Positions 39,968 through 52,139 of a stretch of DNA of 64,000 nucleotides are shown in pieces (the stretch's first letter is position 1; each line of letters starts with the position of its first letter). Origin of the DNA: Phycisphaerae bacterium. Its GTDB lineage: Bacteria; Planctomycetota; Phycisphaerae; SM23-33. Where the stretch lies: NCBI GenBank assembly GCA_041661865.1, contig JBAZTO010000004.1:614-64613 (forward strand). The letters are read 5' to 3'. The position numbers were made by a program, and so were the translations under genes. The notes beneath the pieces were generated by a model. It was not told the origin of the DNA and did not search any database. It saw only the letters and a list, made by a program, of their open reading frames with translations.

Positions 39968-40534
39968 ATGAAAGATAATCTATCTACCTTCGCCATCGCC
40001 GAATTGTTGCACGTGGATCCCGGTTCCATAGCCAATTGGATTGACCAGGATATCCTCAAGGCCTACAGGACGCCCGGCGGTCACCGGCGGGTACAGGTCG
40101 GCGACTTGCTCAATTTCCTGCACCAGCACAAGATGCCTGTCCCGCCCGAGTTGAACTGTCATCCGCATCGAGTCCTGATCGTCGATGACGAGCCCGGCAT
40201 TACCCAACTGGTCGCCAAGACGATCAAGACATCTTATCCCGAAGTCGAGGTTCTGGAAGCCAACGACGGATTCCTCGCCGGCGCCTTGGTCGCAACGCTC
40301 AAGCCCAATGTGGTGATCCTCGACCTGCGGATGCCCGGCATGGACGGTTTTGAGGTCTGCCGCCTTATCAAGTCACAGGACCAGACCAAAAATATCGATG
40401 TGGTGGCCATGACGGCCTTTCCCTCGCCTGACAGCGAGAAGAGCATCCTGTCCTGCGGGGCGAGGGTCTGCCTGAGCAAGCCTCTGGACATGGGGGTACT
40501 CTTGAAGGAACTGCGCACGTCCTTCTCGGCCTGA
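39968..40534 (+). CDS. response regulator: N-terminal MerR/excisionase-type HTH fused to REC receiver domain
   Basis: FAIAELLHVDPGSIANWI HTH; receiver with VLIVDDEP, phospho-acceptor Asp in VVILDLRMPGMDG, conserved K in LSKP. Confidence 0.8.
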   Translation: MKDNLSTFAIAELLHVDPGSIANWIDQDILKAYRTPGGHRRVQVGDLLNFLHQHKMPVPPELNCHPHRVLIVDDEPGITQLVAKTIKTSYPEVEVLEANDGFLAGALVATLKPNVVILDLRMPGMDGFEVCRLIKSQDQTKNIDVVAMTAFPSPDSEKSILSCGARVCLSKPLDMGVLLKELRTSFSA

Positions 40535-40564
40535 AGATCCGCCGATACGCATCATATTTCCGGT

Positions 40565-41569
40565 TCAGCAGGCGTTGTTATCCAGGCACCACTTGACCGA
40601 CCGGGCGATGCCCTCGTCGTATCCCACCGTCGGCTGCCAGCCCAGCTCGCGACGGGCCTTGTCGCAGGAGAAGAAGCACCTCCGCCCCATCAGCCAGACG
40701 GCGTAGCGGGTGACCAGCGGGGGCTTTTTCGTCGCGAGCAGGTGCCCGAAGAGTTCCATCAGAAAGGCGGCGTTGTAGGCGACCTTGTAAGGGACTTTGC
40801 GGGTGACGGGCTTGGCCCCGATGCACTGGGCGATCTTATTGAAATACTCCGCCTGCGTGATGACGCCGTCGTTGGACAGGTTGTAGGTTTCTCCGACGGC
40901 CTTGTCGCTGGTGGCGGCCAGGATGCAGCCCTCGGCCTCGTTGCCGGCGTAGGTGAGGTTGAGGCGGTTGCCGCCGTCGCCCAGGAGCTTGCACTTGCCG
41001 GCGCGGATGGCGCGGATGAGCCGGGGCATCGAGGCCCGGTCGCGCGGCCCGTAGAGCCAACTGGGCTTGACGATCGTGACGGGGAAGTCCCCGCGGGCGG
41101 AGGCCTCGCGGATGAGATTCTCGGCTTCCACCTTGGCCCGGCTGTAGTAGCTCCAGCGATGCAGGTTGACTCCCAGGGGGGCCGTCTCGTCCAGCACCAG
41201 GCCCGCCCCGTCGGGATGGCCGTAGCTGGAGATACTGCTGATATGCAGGAAGCGCCCCACGCCGGCGGCGCGGGCGGCCTGGATCATGTTCCGCGTGCCT
41301 TCGATGGTGACGGCCACGAAACGCTCCCACGGGCCCCAGTCGCCCACCTGGGCGGCGGCGTGGTAGACGGTCTTGACGCCCTTCATGGCCGCCTGGAGAC
41401 TGGCTGGGTCCGTCACGTCGCCGGGGGCTTTTTCAACGCCCCAGGAGTCCAGCAGCGCCGTATCGCTGCCGGGGCGGCACAGCACGCGAACGTCCTGGCC
41501 CGAGGCGCGAAGCTTCTCGACAATGTGGCTGCCCAGCAATCCGGTTCCGCCAGTAACCAAGTTCATCAT
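40565..41569 (-). CDS. NAD-dependent epimerase/dehydratase family protein
   Basis: N-terminal VTGGTGLLGSHIV Rossmann motif; YxxxK region (YSRAK). Confidence 0.85.
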   Translation of the reverse strand: MMNLVTGGTGLLGSHIVEKLRASGQDVRVLCRPGSDTALLDSWGVEKAPGDVTDPASLQAAMKGVKTVYHAAAQVGDWGPWERFVAVTIEGTRNMIQAARAAGVGRFLHISSISSYGHPDGAGLVLDETAPLGVNLHRWSYYSRAKVEAENLIREASARGDFPVTIVKPSWLYGPRDRASMPRLIRAIRAGKCKLLGDGGNRLNLTYAGNEAEGCILAATSDKAVGETYNLSNDGVITQAEYFNKIAQCIGAKPVTRKVPYKVAYNAAFLMELFGHLLATKKPPLVTRYAVWLMGRRCFFSCDKARRELGWQPTVGYDEGIARSVKWCLDNNAC

Positions 41570-41894
41570 TCACCTGCCGTCGATGTAAAAGGCCAGTGCG
41601 TCGTTCAAATCCCCCCGGGGAGGCCCGAATCCTACGCACGGGCCGCCGGGCCGTCAAGGGATTGTCTTGGGCAAGGTCTTGGGCAAGGGACTTCCCATTG
41701 CTTCCTGCCCCCGAAATTCATTGACAGCCCCGGCAGGCCTTCCTACACTGCAACCTCGTTTTTCGCCAAAAAGGCGAATAGGACGGATGTATCTCCGCCA
41801 GAAGCGCCCCGCCCGAGTGAGACCTTCTCTACGATCCACTGGGCGGAGTTCTCCCGGCGAAGCGGAAATCCCTTAATCCATGGAGATTGATTCA

Positions 41895-44603
<2,709 letters not shown>

Positions 44604-44626
44604 GCTGAAAACCCGCTGCATTTTCA

Positions 44627-44664
44627 AGAGCCCCGGTGGCCCAGAGCCATCGGGGCTCTTTTGT
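44627..44664 (+). terminator. rho-independent terminator after ppdK
   Basis: AGAGCCCCG...CGGGGCTCT stem followed by TTTGT. Confidence 0.55.
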
Positions 44665-44926
44665 ATGCGCAGATCCCAGCCGGACCCATGCTTGACAGGG
44701 AGGTGGAGTTCCTACTCCACCTCCTGCTTGCCTCTCCTCTTACCGCGGCGGGGTATGCAACCCTGTTTTGGCCTTGGCTTGCCCGGCTAAACAGCAGTTT
44801 TGTGTCGCCAAAAGGCGTTCGCGGCGGTACAATACATGCAGATCGGAAGTTCATTTCGCGCAGGGAATTGACCGTCGATTCAGGCTGCGAACATGTCTTT
44901 TTGCGGGTTCGGCGAGGTGGTGGCTT

Positions 44927-46051
44927 ATGCGCTTGCGCCAGGTGCTATGCCCGAGCTGTGGGACGATCCTCGAAGTGCCGCCAGGGAAGGCGGACTGTTT
45001 CGTCCGGTGCGGCAAGTGTCACACCCGATTCCGCCTGCCCAAGCGGATCGCTGTCACCGACGACGCGGTCACCGACTGGCTGAGCGAAGAGCACGACGAG
45101 GAGGCGAAGGAGCACGCCGTCGCCGCGGCCCTGCGTCCGCATGAGGAGGCGGCCTCTGGAACAGGCACGTTCGTCCTGCCGGCGGTGCATGAGCCGATCC
45201 GCCTGGTCAAGAGCGACGCCAGCGGCGTACTGTTGGAATTCGCCGCCTCGCGCCTGACCGATCCGGCCTTCCGCTGCTGCATGCCTCGCAAGTGCCTCCG
45301 CTGCGGCGGCCAGTCGAACCTGGGGGCCCACGCCATCATCTATTCAACGACGCTGGTCGATGAGTCGTCCCTGGAGGCTGAGCATTCCGACGGGGCGTTG
45401 TCGCTGAAAGGGCCGGGAATCGCCGACCTCAGCGACGAGGAATTGCTCAATCGCATGCCCAAGGTTCCCAACGTGCCGCCGCCGGCCAACCTGCCCATGC
45501 CGTACTGGCTGTGCGACATGTGTACCTCCCGTGATATCCTCTCGGGGCAGATCCGCATGACTACCCAGGGACTGGGGCTCTGTCGCCTGTGGATCGGCAA
45601 TTTGCGGCGGGCCGAGGAGTTCCTGGTCGCCGCCGGCGGCAAAGACACCGCCGCGTACACCGAGATTCATCGCCGCATCCACGCGATGGCCGAGAACCCC
45701 TGGAGCAGCCTGCCCCCGGTCGTGCAGAACCGGCTTCAGCAGTGGTTCCGCCCGCAAAACGGCGAACACTTCATCGCCTATGTGGCCGACCGCGACCGTG
45801 CCCGCTCCGAGCAGGGCCTGGCCGGCATCGTCGTGACCAGCAAGCGTTTGATCTGTCACACCCTGTCGCGGCACAAAGAGACCGCGGCCACGGATAAAGT
45901 GGAGTTCGATGAGGTTCTGGCCTACGGAAAGCAGTGCCTGCTTATCCGCTGCCCGGCCTGGGAATTCAAGTACATGACCGTCGACCGCGAAGGACTGGCC
46001 ATCCTGCGTCACGCCTTGACCAAGGCCAAGATCCCGGCGGCATGGCACTAA
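44927..46051 (+). CDS. zinc-ribbon domain protein, hypothetical
   Basis: ATG 44927 with GAGGTGG SD; N-terminal CPSCG...CGKCH ribbon and second Cys cluster CCMPRKCLRCGG; high GC3. Confidence 0.6.
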   Translation: MRLRQVLCPSCGTILEVPPGKADCFVRCGKCHTRFRLPKRIAVTDDAVTDWLSEEHDEEAKEHAVAAALRPHEEAASGTGTFVLPAVHEPIRLVKSDASGVLLEFAASRLTDPAFRCCMPRKCLRCGGQSNLGAHAIIYSTTLVDESSLEAEHSDGALSLKGPGIADLSDEELLNRMPKVPNVPPPANLPMPYWLCDMCTSRDILSGQIRMTTQGLGLCRLWIGNLRRAEEFLVAAGGKDTAAYTEIHRRIHAMAENPWSSLPPVVQNRLQQWFRPQNGEHFIAYVADRDRARSEQGLAGIVVTSKRLICHTLSRHKETAATDKVEFDEVLAYGKQCLLIRCPAWEFKYMTVDREGLAILRHALTKAKIPAAWH

Positions 46052-46053
46052 GC

Positions 46054-46081
46054 TGGCTGCAATGAAGCTTGCAGCCAGCCA
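46054..46081. terminator. bidirectional hairpin between convergent genes
   Basis: GCTGGCTGCAA-tgaagc-TTGCAGCCAGC. Confidence 0.45.
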
Positions 46082-46235
46082 GAGCAGGAGAGCAGTAGAA
46101 AGTGGATAGGAGAGAAGACCAAGATGCACCTTTGATGAGTGGCGGCCCTTACAGGTGAGCTATTCGCTCTCCTGCGGTCTTCTTCCTCCTCTCAACTCTC
46201 TGATAACGCACTGCGCAAACAGGGGCGAAAGCAAT

Positions 46236-47489
46236 TCAGCCATTGGCTCGGCGGCGCCGTCCCGCCAGCACCATCGCCCCGATGGCCAGTAGTGACGCGC
46301 TGAGCGGTTCAGGCGTCAGCACCACGTCCCACGCCACGGATTCCTGTAAGAGGTTTCGCTGAGAGCGAACCCAGTCGGTCGGGTCATACGCCAACGCCAT
46401 GACGTTGTAGCTGCCGGCTGTATAGCCCCAGTCGGCTGGGTCGAACGTCTCGCCCGTCGCCCCGACGACCCGTCGCCCGTTGACGTACCACTTGACCGAG
46501 AGGACGTTGGGGTCGACCAGGTCCACCCAGAGGTTGTTGGGGTCCGTCAGCGGTTCGGAATCGTCGAGGAAAGAATCTATGGGCCGGACGATCCGATAGA
46601 TGTCCTGGATGATCTTCTCGCGGCAGACGGCGTTGAACGCATAGCCCAGCGATCGCATCTTGGAGTTGGCCGTGGGGCGGTAGATCCCGGTGTCATAGGT
46701 GCCGCCGCCCTCGTAGGCCCCGACCACGCCCAGATTGCCGTCCTCGTATCCCAGCCAGGACGACCATTGCTCTCCGCTGGCCGAGGTGGTGATGTTGGCC
46801 TGCCACGTCGGTCCGTAGGGGTACGCGCCGCCTCCGCCGTACTCGTCGGCCAGGTCGCTGAACTGGTGGCCCAGTTCGTGCAGCGCCAGTTCCCCCGTCC
46901 AGGTGTTGCTGCCGGCAAAGGCTGCGTACCGGGCGCCGCCGCCGCCGTAGGTGGATGCGTTGACGGTGATCAGGCGCATGTCTGCGTTGATGTCGGCCTG
47001 GCCGAAGTTGGCCGACATGGCGGCATTGGCCTTGGTTTCATCGATGTACAGCAGGCGCTGCGGCCCGCCGCCGTAGGCGTAGGAGGCATCCAGGGCCGTG
47101 TCGCGATAGATGCCCTGGTTGGGGTCATCAGCGCCGCTCTGATTGGACACCACATTGATGCGATAGGCGTTGAAGAAGTTGTGGTAGCGGGCGAAGGGGT
47201 CTTCTCCCTGATCGAACATGTGGGTCAGGACGGTGTCGATGTCGTGGGTGTAGGTGGTCTCGATCTGATCGGCGGTGTAGCCGTCGCCCATGAAGACGAT
47301 GTTGACGCGGTTGCCCGGATCGCCGGTTTGGCTGAAAACGGAGTAGTCCGCCCTGGCCGATCCAGCCAGCAAGACAGCGGCCACCGCGCAACCTGCCGCA
47401 GCCAAACCCAGGCCCCGTCGCAGCCGGCCCAGGGCGGCCCTTGCCGCCCGCAGCCAGAGGCCCGCAATTCCTCCGATACCATCGAACAT
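46236..47489 (-). CDS. M64-family (IgA-peptidase-like) zinc metallopeptidase with PEP-CTERM sorting signal
   Basis: signal peptide, HELGHQF zinc motif, C-terminal TPEPLSASLLAIGAMVLAGRRRRANG (PEP + TM + Arg cluster). Confidence 0.8.
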   Translation of the reverse strand: MFDGIGGIAGLWLRAARAALGRLRRGLGLAAAGCAVAAVLLAGSARADYSVFSQTGDPGNRVNIVFMGDGYTADQIETTYTHDIDTVLTHMFDQGEDPFARYHNFFNAYRINVVSNQSGADDPNQGIYRDTALDASYAYGGGPQRLLYIDETKANAAMSANFGQADINADMRLITVNASTYGGGGARYAAFAGSNTWTGELALHELGHQFSDLADEYGGGGAYPYGPTWQANITTSASGEQWSSWLGYEDGNLGVVGAYEGGGTYDTGIYRPTANSKMRSLGYAFNAVCREKIIQDIYRIVRPIDSFLDDSEPLTDPNNLWVDLVDPNVLSVKWYVNGRRVVGATGETFDPADWGYTAGSYNVMALAYDPTDWVRSQRNLLQESVAWDVVLTPEPLSASLLAIGAMVLAGRRRRANG

Positions 47490-47653
47490 GTGCCTGATCC
47501 TCTCTTGGATCGGCTCCCTCCGCCGGCAGCGTCGTCCTACCTCGTTGAGGCCGCCTCTGCTGCATCTGCCGGACCAGCCTTCATAAACTGATCCGGACCG
47601 CCAAAGAACCCTCTGGTCCTTCCTGGCCCATAGGCCATGTTACCTATTATACA

Positions 47654-49303
47654 TCAATGTCGCCTTCTGCGCCTTCGGCGTCTTCCGCCGCCCTGACCGC
47701 CCTGACCCTGCCCGTCGCTTGGGCCCTGGCCGGCTGGCGGGCCGCCGGCTTGTCCGGTGGCGCCGAGAGGGCTGCTCTGCGGCGAGGTGGGGTTGGGCGC
47801 TGCCGTGCGAGCCGGCTGCGATGGGGCGGCGTTGCCGCCCTGGCCGTCGCGACGCTCCCCGCCGCGCCGCCTGCGACCCCTGCGATGCCGCCGTCTCTGA
47901 GAGTCCTCCTGTCCCGGAGATGCGGGCGTCGAGGCACGCTGCACCTCTGAGGGCACCGCGGGCTGCCCCTCGCTCGGAAGGGCTGGCTGGTCGTCGTTCT
48001 CTGCCGCGACGTCCCCGTCGGCCGTTGGCGGCGTTTGGGTTTTCGGCGCCGCCTCGGGCAGGTCGGCCAGGCGCACATGCACCTTGGGCGGTTCGGCGGG
48101 CCGAGGCGCAGCCGGCGGCTGGATGGATACCGGCGGCACGTCGCGTTGCACGATCTCGTCGTTGCCGATGACCACCTGCGTGCCGTCCTGGAGTAGCAGG
48201 CGGACCAGTTGGGTGAGAATCTGGCCGTCGATGACCTTGCCCACGGCCGTGGCCGTCCGGACAAAGGTGTTCTTGCGGGGCAGGCGGGCGCGAAGCTCCT
48301 CGTAGCCGGCATCCTCGTAGCGCAGGCAGCACATCAGCCGGCCGCAGCGGCCGGAAATCTTGGCCGGGTCCAGCGTGGCCTTCTGCGTCTTGGCCATTCG
48401 CATCGAGATGGGCTTGAGATCCTTGAGAAAACCCTGGCAGCAGCACGGGCGGCCGCAACGCTCGAAGTCGCCCACCAGACGGGCCTCGTCGCGGGCGCCG
48501 ACCTGTCGCATCTCGATCCGCGTGCGGTACTGGGCGGCCAGGCGGCGGACCAGGTCGCGGAAGTCCACCCGTGTTTCGGAGGAGAAGTAGAAGATGATCC
48601 GCTCGCCGCCCAGCAGGTGCTCGACGGTCACAAGCTTCATCGACAGCTTCATCGCGCGGATTTCCTTGCGGCAGTAGGTGGCCTCTTCGTGGGCGTTGCC
48701 GTCCAGGTGCCGCTGGTCCAGCAGGTCCTGCGAGTTGGCCAGGCGGAGGAACTTGCCGTCGCGCATGAAGGGGTAGTCCGGGCCGCAGGAGCGGATGAAG
48801 TCCATCAGCTTGGCCGGCGTGACCAGGCCCGGCCCGCCTTGTTCGGACACGATCGCCACGACCTCGGCCAGTTCCACGCCGCGCTCGGTCCTGGCCACCA
48901 CCTTGGCCCCCGGCAGCAGCCGGCGTTCCAGGTTGTGGCTGAACCCCCCCAACGCCCGCATCACGCCGTAGCGTGCGACGACCTTGCCTACCAGGGCGGC
49001 AAGCTCCGGCGGCAGCGAGGCCTTCTCGGCAGATGCCTCTTCCTGCTCGGCAAGTTGGTCAGCATGGCACTGGGAGCAGCCGCACAGGCCCAGGGCCTGG
49101 CCTGGACAGGCCTCGGCGACATCCTCGCCGGCGGGGGGGGCAGACGGGGAAAAGCCGTTCGGCTCGGCCATGGGCTGGCCCTCAGGCATGGAGGCGGCGG
49201 GGGATTGGGCAGCGCCGATGGGCGCGGATTCTGCCGGGTCGGTCGGGAGCGATGAATCCGACATGCGGGTTCCGTTCTGTAAGCCGCGGCGGCCCGCGGG
49301 CAC
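47654..49303 (-). CDS. PSP1 C-terminal domain protein (RicT/YaaT-like) with long Pro-rich/Arg-Gly-rich tail
   Basis: CGRPCCCQGF and GRCGRLMCCLRYED motifs of PSP1/YaaT; about 170-aa low-complexity C-terminus ending RRRRRRRRH. Confidence 0.8.
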   Translation of the reverse strand: MPAGRRGLQNGTRMSDSSLPTDPAESAPIGAAQSPAASMPEGQPMAEPNGFSPSAPPAGEDVAEACPGQALGLCGCSQCHADQLAEQEEASAEKASLPPELAALVGKVVARYGVMRALGGFSHNLERRLLPGAKVVARTERGVELAEVVAIVSEQGGPGLVTPAKLMDFIRSCGPDYPFMRDGKFLRLANSQDLLDQRHLDGNAHEEATYCRKEIRAMKLSMKLVTVEHLLGGERIIFYFSSETRVDFRDLVRRLAAQYRTRIEMRQVGARDEARLVGDFERCGRPCCCQGFLKDLKPISMRMAKTQKATLDPAKISGRCGRLMCCLRYEDAGYEELRARLPRKNTFVRTATAVGKVIDGQILTQLVRLLLQDGTQVVIGNDEIVQRDVPPVSIQPPAAPRPAEPPKVHVRLADLPEAAPKTQTPPTADGDVAAENDDQPALPSEGQPAVPSEVQRASTPASPGQEDSQRRRHRRGRRRRGGERRDGQGGNAAPSQPARTAAPNPTSPQSSPLGATGQAGGPPAGQGPSDGQGQGGQGGGRRRRRRRRH

Positions 49304-49550
49304 ACGTGCGTTTCCGGTCCTCGGTCCGTCGCCGAGGCTCTAGACGCCCCGAAGGGCCGGCCGGCCTTACGCTCGTCGATGGAGGCCAACCGTCGACCGC
49401 CACACCCGCAAACCCTTTGCCAGCGGAAAGCGGCAGCAGCGGTACCCACGAATTATACGGTATTTCGCCTTCCGCGTTAAGTCCTTTTCCGCAGACCCCG
49501 TCCGGGGCGAGGCATTGTATAATGAAGCAGTGGAGGTAACGAAGTAGCGA

Positions 49551-50870
49551 ATGGAAACTGGCGAAAGAACTGAACTGTCGGTGCAGGCCGAGAAGGCCCT
49601 GCTCGTGACGGTCATGCTGCCGGGTTCGACGGCTGACCCCATGGACCCGGTGGGGGAACTGCGGAGTCTGGTCAAGACGGCAGGGGCGGCGGTGGTTGAC
49701 GAGATGCTCGTCAGGCGCCAGGCGGTAAGTCCCTGCCTTTACGTCGGTTCGGGCAAGGCCGAAGAGATTGCCAACCGCGCCGACATGAACGAAGCCAACG
49801 TGGTGATCTTCGACAACGACCTGTCCCCCGGTCAAATCCGCGAGCTTGAGACCATCGTTCGCCGCAAGGTGATCGACCGCAGCGAGCTGATCCTGGATAT
49901 CTTCGCCGCCCACGCCCGCACGGCAGAGAGCAGCCTCCAGGTCGAATTGGCCCAACTGGAATACACCTATCCACGCCTGACGCACATGTGGAGCCACCTG
50001 GAGCGCATGGCCGGCGGCGCCGCCGGCGCGGGCCAGAGCGGCGGCGTCGGCACGCGCGGCCCGGGCGAGAAGCAGATCGAAATCGACCGCCGCCTGGTCC
50101 AGAAGCGCGTCAGCTCGCTCAAACGCCAGATCGCCGAGATCGACCAGCGGAAGATGCGCCAGGTCAGGAGCCGACAGGAAACCTTCGGCGCCTGCCTGGT
50201 CGGCTACACCAACGCCGGCAAGAGCACGCTGATGAACCTGCTGACCGGCGCGGACACCTACGTGGCCGACAAGCTCTTTGCCACGCTGGACACCAAGACG
50301 CGGCGCTGGGACCTGGGCGAGGGGCAGTCGGTGCTGTTGTCGGACACCGTCGGTTTCGTCCGCGACCTGCCGCACCACCTGGTGGCCAGCTTCCGCGCCA
50401 CGCTGGAAGAGGCCATCAACGCCCAACTGCTCATCCACGTCGCCGACGCCTCGCACGACCGCGTCGAGCAGCAGATCCGCGCCGTCGAGGGCGTGCTGGA
50501 TGAACTCCATTGCGACCGCCAGCGCGTCCTGCTGGTGCTCAACAAGATCGACCGCATCAACGACCCGACCGTCCGCACGATCCTGGCCGGCAAGTATCCG
50601 CGAGCGATGTTTGTCTCTGCCGCCACCGGGGCGGGGGCCGCGGAATTGGCTGCCCAGGTCGCCCTTCGCTCCGCCGGCGCGCCCGTCCGCGTGACGCTCA
50701 AGGCCAACTGCGCCAATGGCCGGCTCATGCAGTACATCGCCCAGCACGCCCAGGTGCTCAGCCAGAGCTTCAGCGACTCCACCGCGCTGATCGAGGCCAC
50801 CATTCCCGCCAAACGCCTCGCGCAACTGACGACCTTCGGCAACGACGTGGAGATCCTCGTGAGGTCGTAG
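49551..50870 (+). CDS. hflX: GTPase HflX
   Basis: HflX N-terminal domain, G-domain GYTNAGKSTLMNLLT, DTVGF, NKID. Confidence 0.92.
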   Translation: METGERTELSVQAEKALLVTVMLPGSTADPMDPVGELRSLVKTAGAAVVDEMLVRRQAVSPCLYVGSGKAEEIANRADMNEANVVIFDNDLSPGQIRELETIVRRKVIDRSELILDIFAAHARTAESSLQVELAQLEYTYPRLTHMWSHLERMAGGAAGAGQSGGVGTRGPGEKQIEIDRRLVQKRVSSLKRQIAEIDQRKMRQVRSRQETFGACLVGYTNAGKSTLMNLLTGADTYVADKLFATLDTKTRRWDLGEGQSVLLSDTVGFVRDLPHHLVASFRATLEEAINAQLLIHVADASHDRVEQQIRAVEGVLDELHCDRQRVLLVLNKIDRINDPTVRTILAGKYPRAMFVSAATGAGAAELAAQVALRSAGAPVRVTLKANCANGRLMQYIAQHAQVLSQSFSDSTALIEATIPAKRLAQLTTFGNDVEILVRS

Positions 50871-50885
50871 GCTGATGAAAAAAGC

Positions 50886-50913
50886 TTGGCAAACGACGAA
50901 GTTGCCCTATAAT
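50886..50913 (+). promoter_or_regulatory. near-consensus sigma-70 promoter TTGGCA-N16-TATAAT driving the low-GC two-gene module
   Basis: aagcTTGGCAaacgacgaagttgcccTATAATacg, about 90 nt upstream of ATG 51006. Confidence 0.55.
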
Positions 50914-51005
50914 ACGAAAGGGTAGGTAGGTGTTCGTCAACAAATAGGCCGGTTTTCCCTCGGTGTTCGGCCCGAGTTTGCCGATGACAAAAAGGGAAAA
51001 GAGCG

Positions 51006-51479
51006 ATGATGGACCCGATCAAGGACAAGCCGAGAACAATCCAACTCGACTATTATAGCGAGCATGAGTGTAAGGTTGTGGTCAAGCCGAAGGACCATGA
51101 CGTATTCATGGACAGTCTCCAGAATGTGACTACCGCTTGTCAACTTGGGAACAAGAGCATAAAGTTTTTTGAGCAATTTCGTCTGCTCCTGCAGAAGTTA
51201 GCACAGTGGTTGAGTCAGCGGCGCGGCCTTGCGCGGCACGCCTATATCACACTCAAAGAAGGTGGGTTTCTATTCATCGTGGTCAGATTGACTGCTGAGT
51301 ACAACCGTCAGTTTGAAGACGATTTGACGAAGCTGGACATCGAAGTGGCAACTGATCCCGAACTGGATTTGGTGAACTTGGAGGTTCTGGCGCTCCCCAA
51401 CGGTTCCACGGACTCACTAAGATCGTTTCTTGATCCTGATACCACTATGGAGTTTTCTCCGCGTGCCGAGCAAGACTGA
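51006..51479 (+). CDS. hypothetical protein (gene 1 of low-GC two-gene module)
   Basis: 157-aa, GC about 47% versus about 65% in flanks; no family recognised. Confidence 0.5.
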   Translation: MMDPIKDKPRTIQLDYYSEHECKVVVKPKDHDVFMDSLQNVTTACQLGNKSIKFFEQFRLLLQKLAQWLSQRRGLARHAYITLKEGGFLFIVVRLTAEYNRQFEDDLTKLDIEVATDPELDLVNLEVLALPNGSTDSLRSFLDPDTTMEFSPRAEQD

Positions 51480-51888
51480 CCACCTTACGCTGGCTCAGCA
51501 CAATCAGGACACCATCGAGTTTCTCGGGGCATCGCACTCTGACTTTTCAGACTGGGTGGCAACCATTGCCTTTTACCGGGCGCTGCACCTAGTAGAATCG
51601 CTCTTCTATCAAGATCCGTCGATCGTGCATGGGTGTGACCATAAGACAAGAGAAGCAATTCTGAAAAGACGTTACAGTATGATTTATGTGCATTACAGGC
51701 CGTTGAAGTCAGCATCGATGATTGCGAGATACCTGATGGATAGTGGTGGCACCGCATACAGGAGATTCAGTGACTACCTCAAGCCGACGGAGGTAAAGAG
51801 CGAACTCTTGGAGTTTCGGCTGAAGGAACTCGAAAAACTCGTGCAAATGCTCCTAGTTGTTAAGCCATCTGGTAGCACCGGTGTCTAA
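51463..51888 (+). CDS. hypothetical protein, possible HEPN-like (gene 2 of low-GC module)
   Basis: overlaps gene 1 by 17 nt in another frame (GTG 51463; ORF track starts TTG 51430); contains R-x6-H-Y stretch (RYSMIYVHY) loosely resembling HEPN Rx4-6H motif. Confidence 0.45.
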   Translation: MPSKTDHLTLAQHNQDTIEFLGASHSDFSDWVATIAFYRALHLVESLFYQDPSIVHGCDHKTREAILKRRYSMIYVHYRPLKSASMIARYLMDSGGTAYRRFSDYLKPTEVKSELLEFRLKELEKLVQMLLVVKPSGSTGV

Positions 51889-52139
51889 CGCAGTCGTGCT
51901 GCATCGCCATCTCCGCCGCGGAAGCCACTCACCCGCCACCAGCAGGGGGAAGTTGTACAAGCCGGCAAGGATCCTGCTAGCACGCCCGGCCGATCACGCC
52001 CTGGAACCGGAAGGACAGGTCGTTCATCTACCGCCAGAACGCGCATGCCGCGCGGGCATTTTGCAGGCTCGGCCATGTCGTCGCGGCGGGGGCGGCGATA
52101 TAATCGCCCGTGCGTGGCGCATCCTTAAAGGAACCCTTC

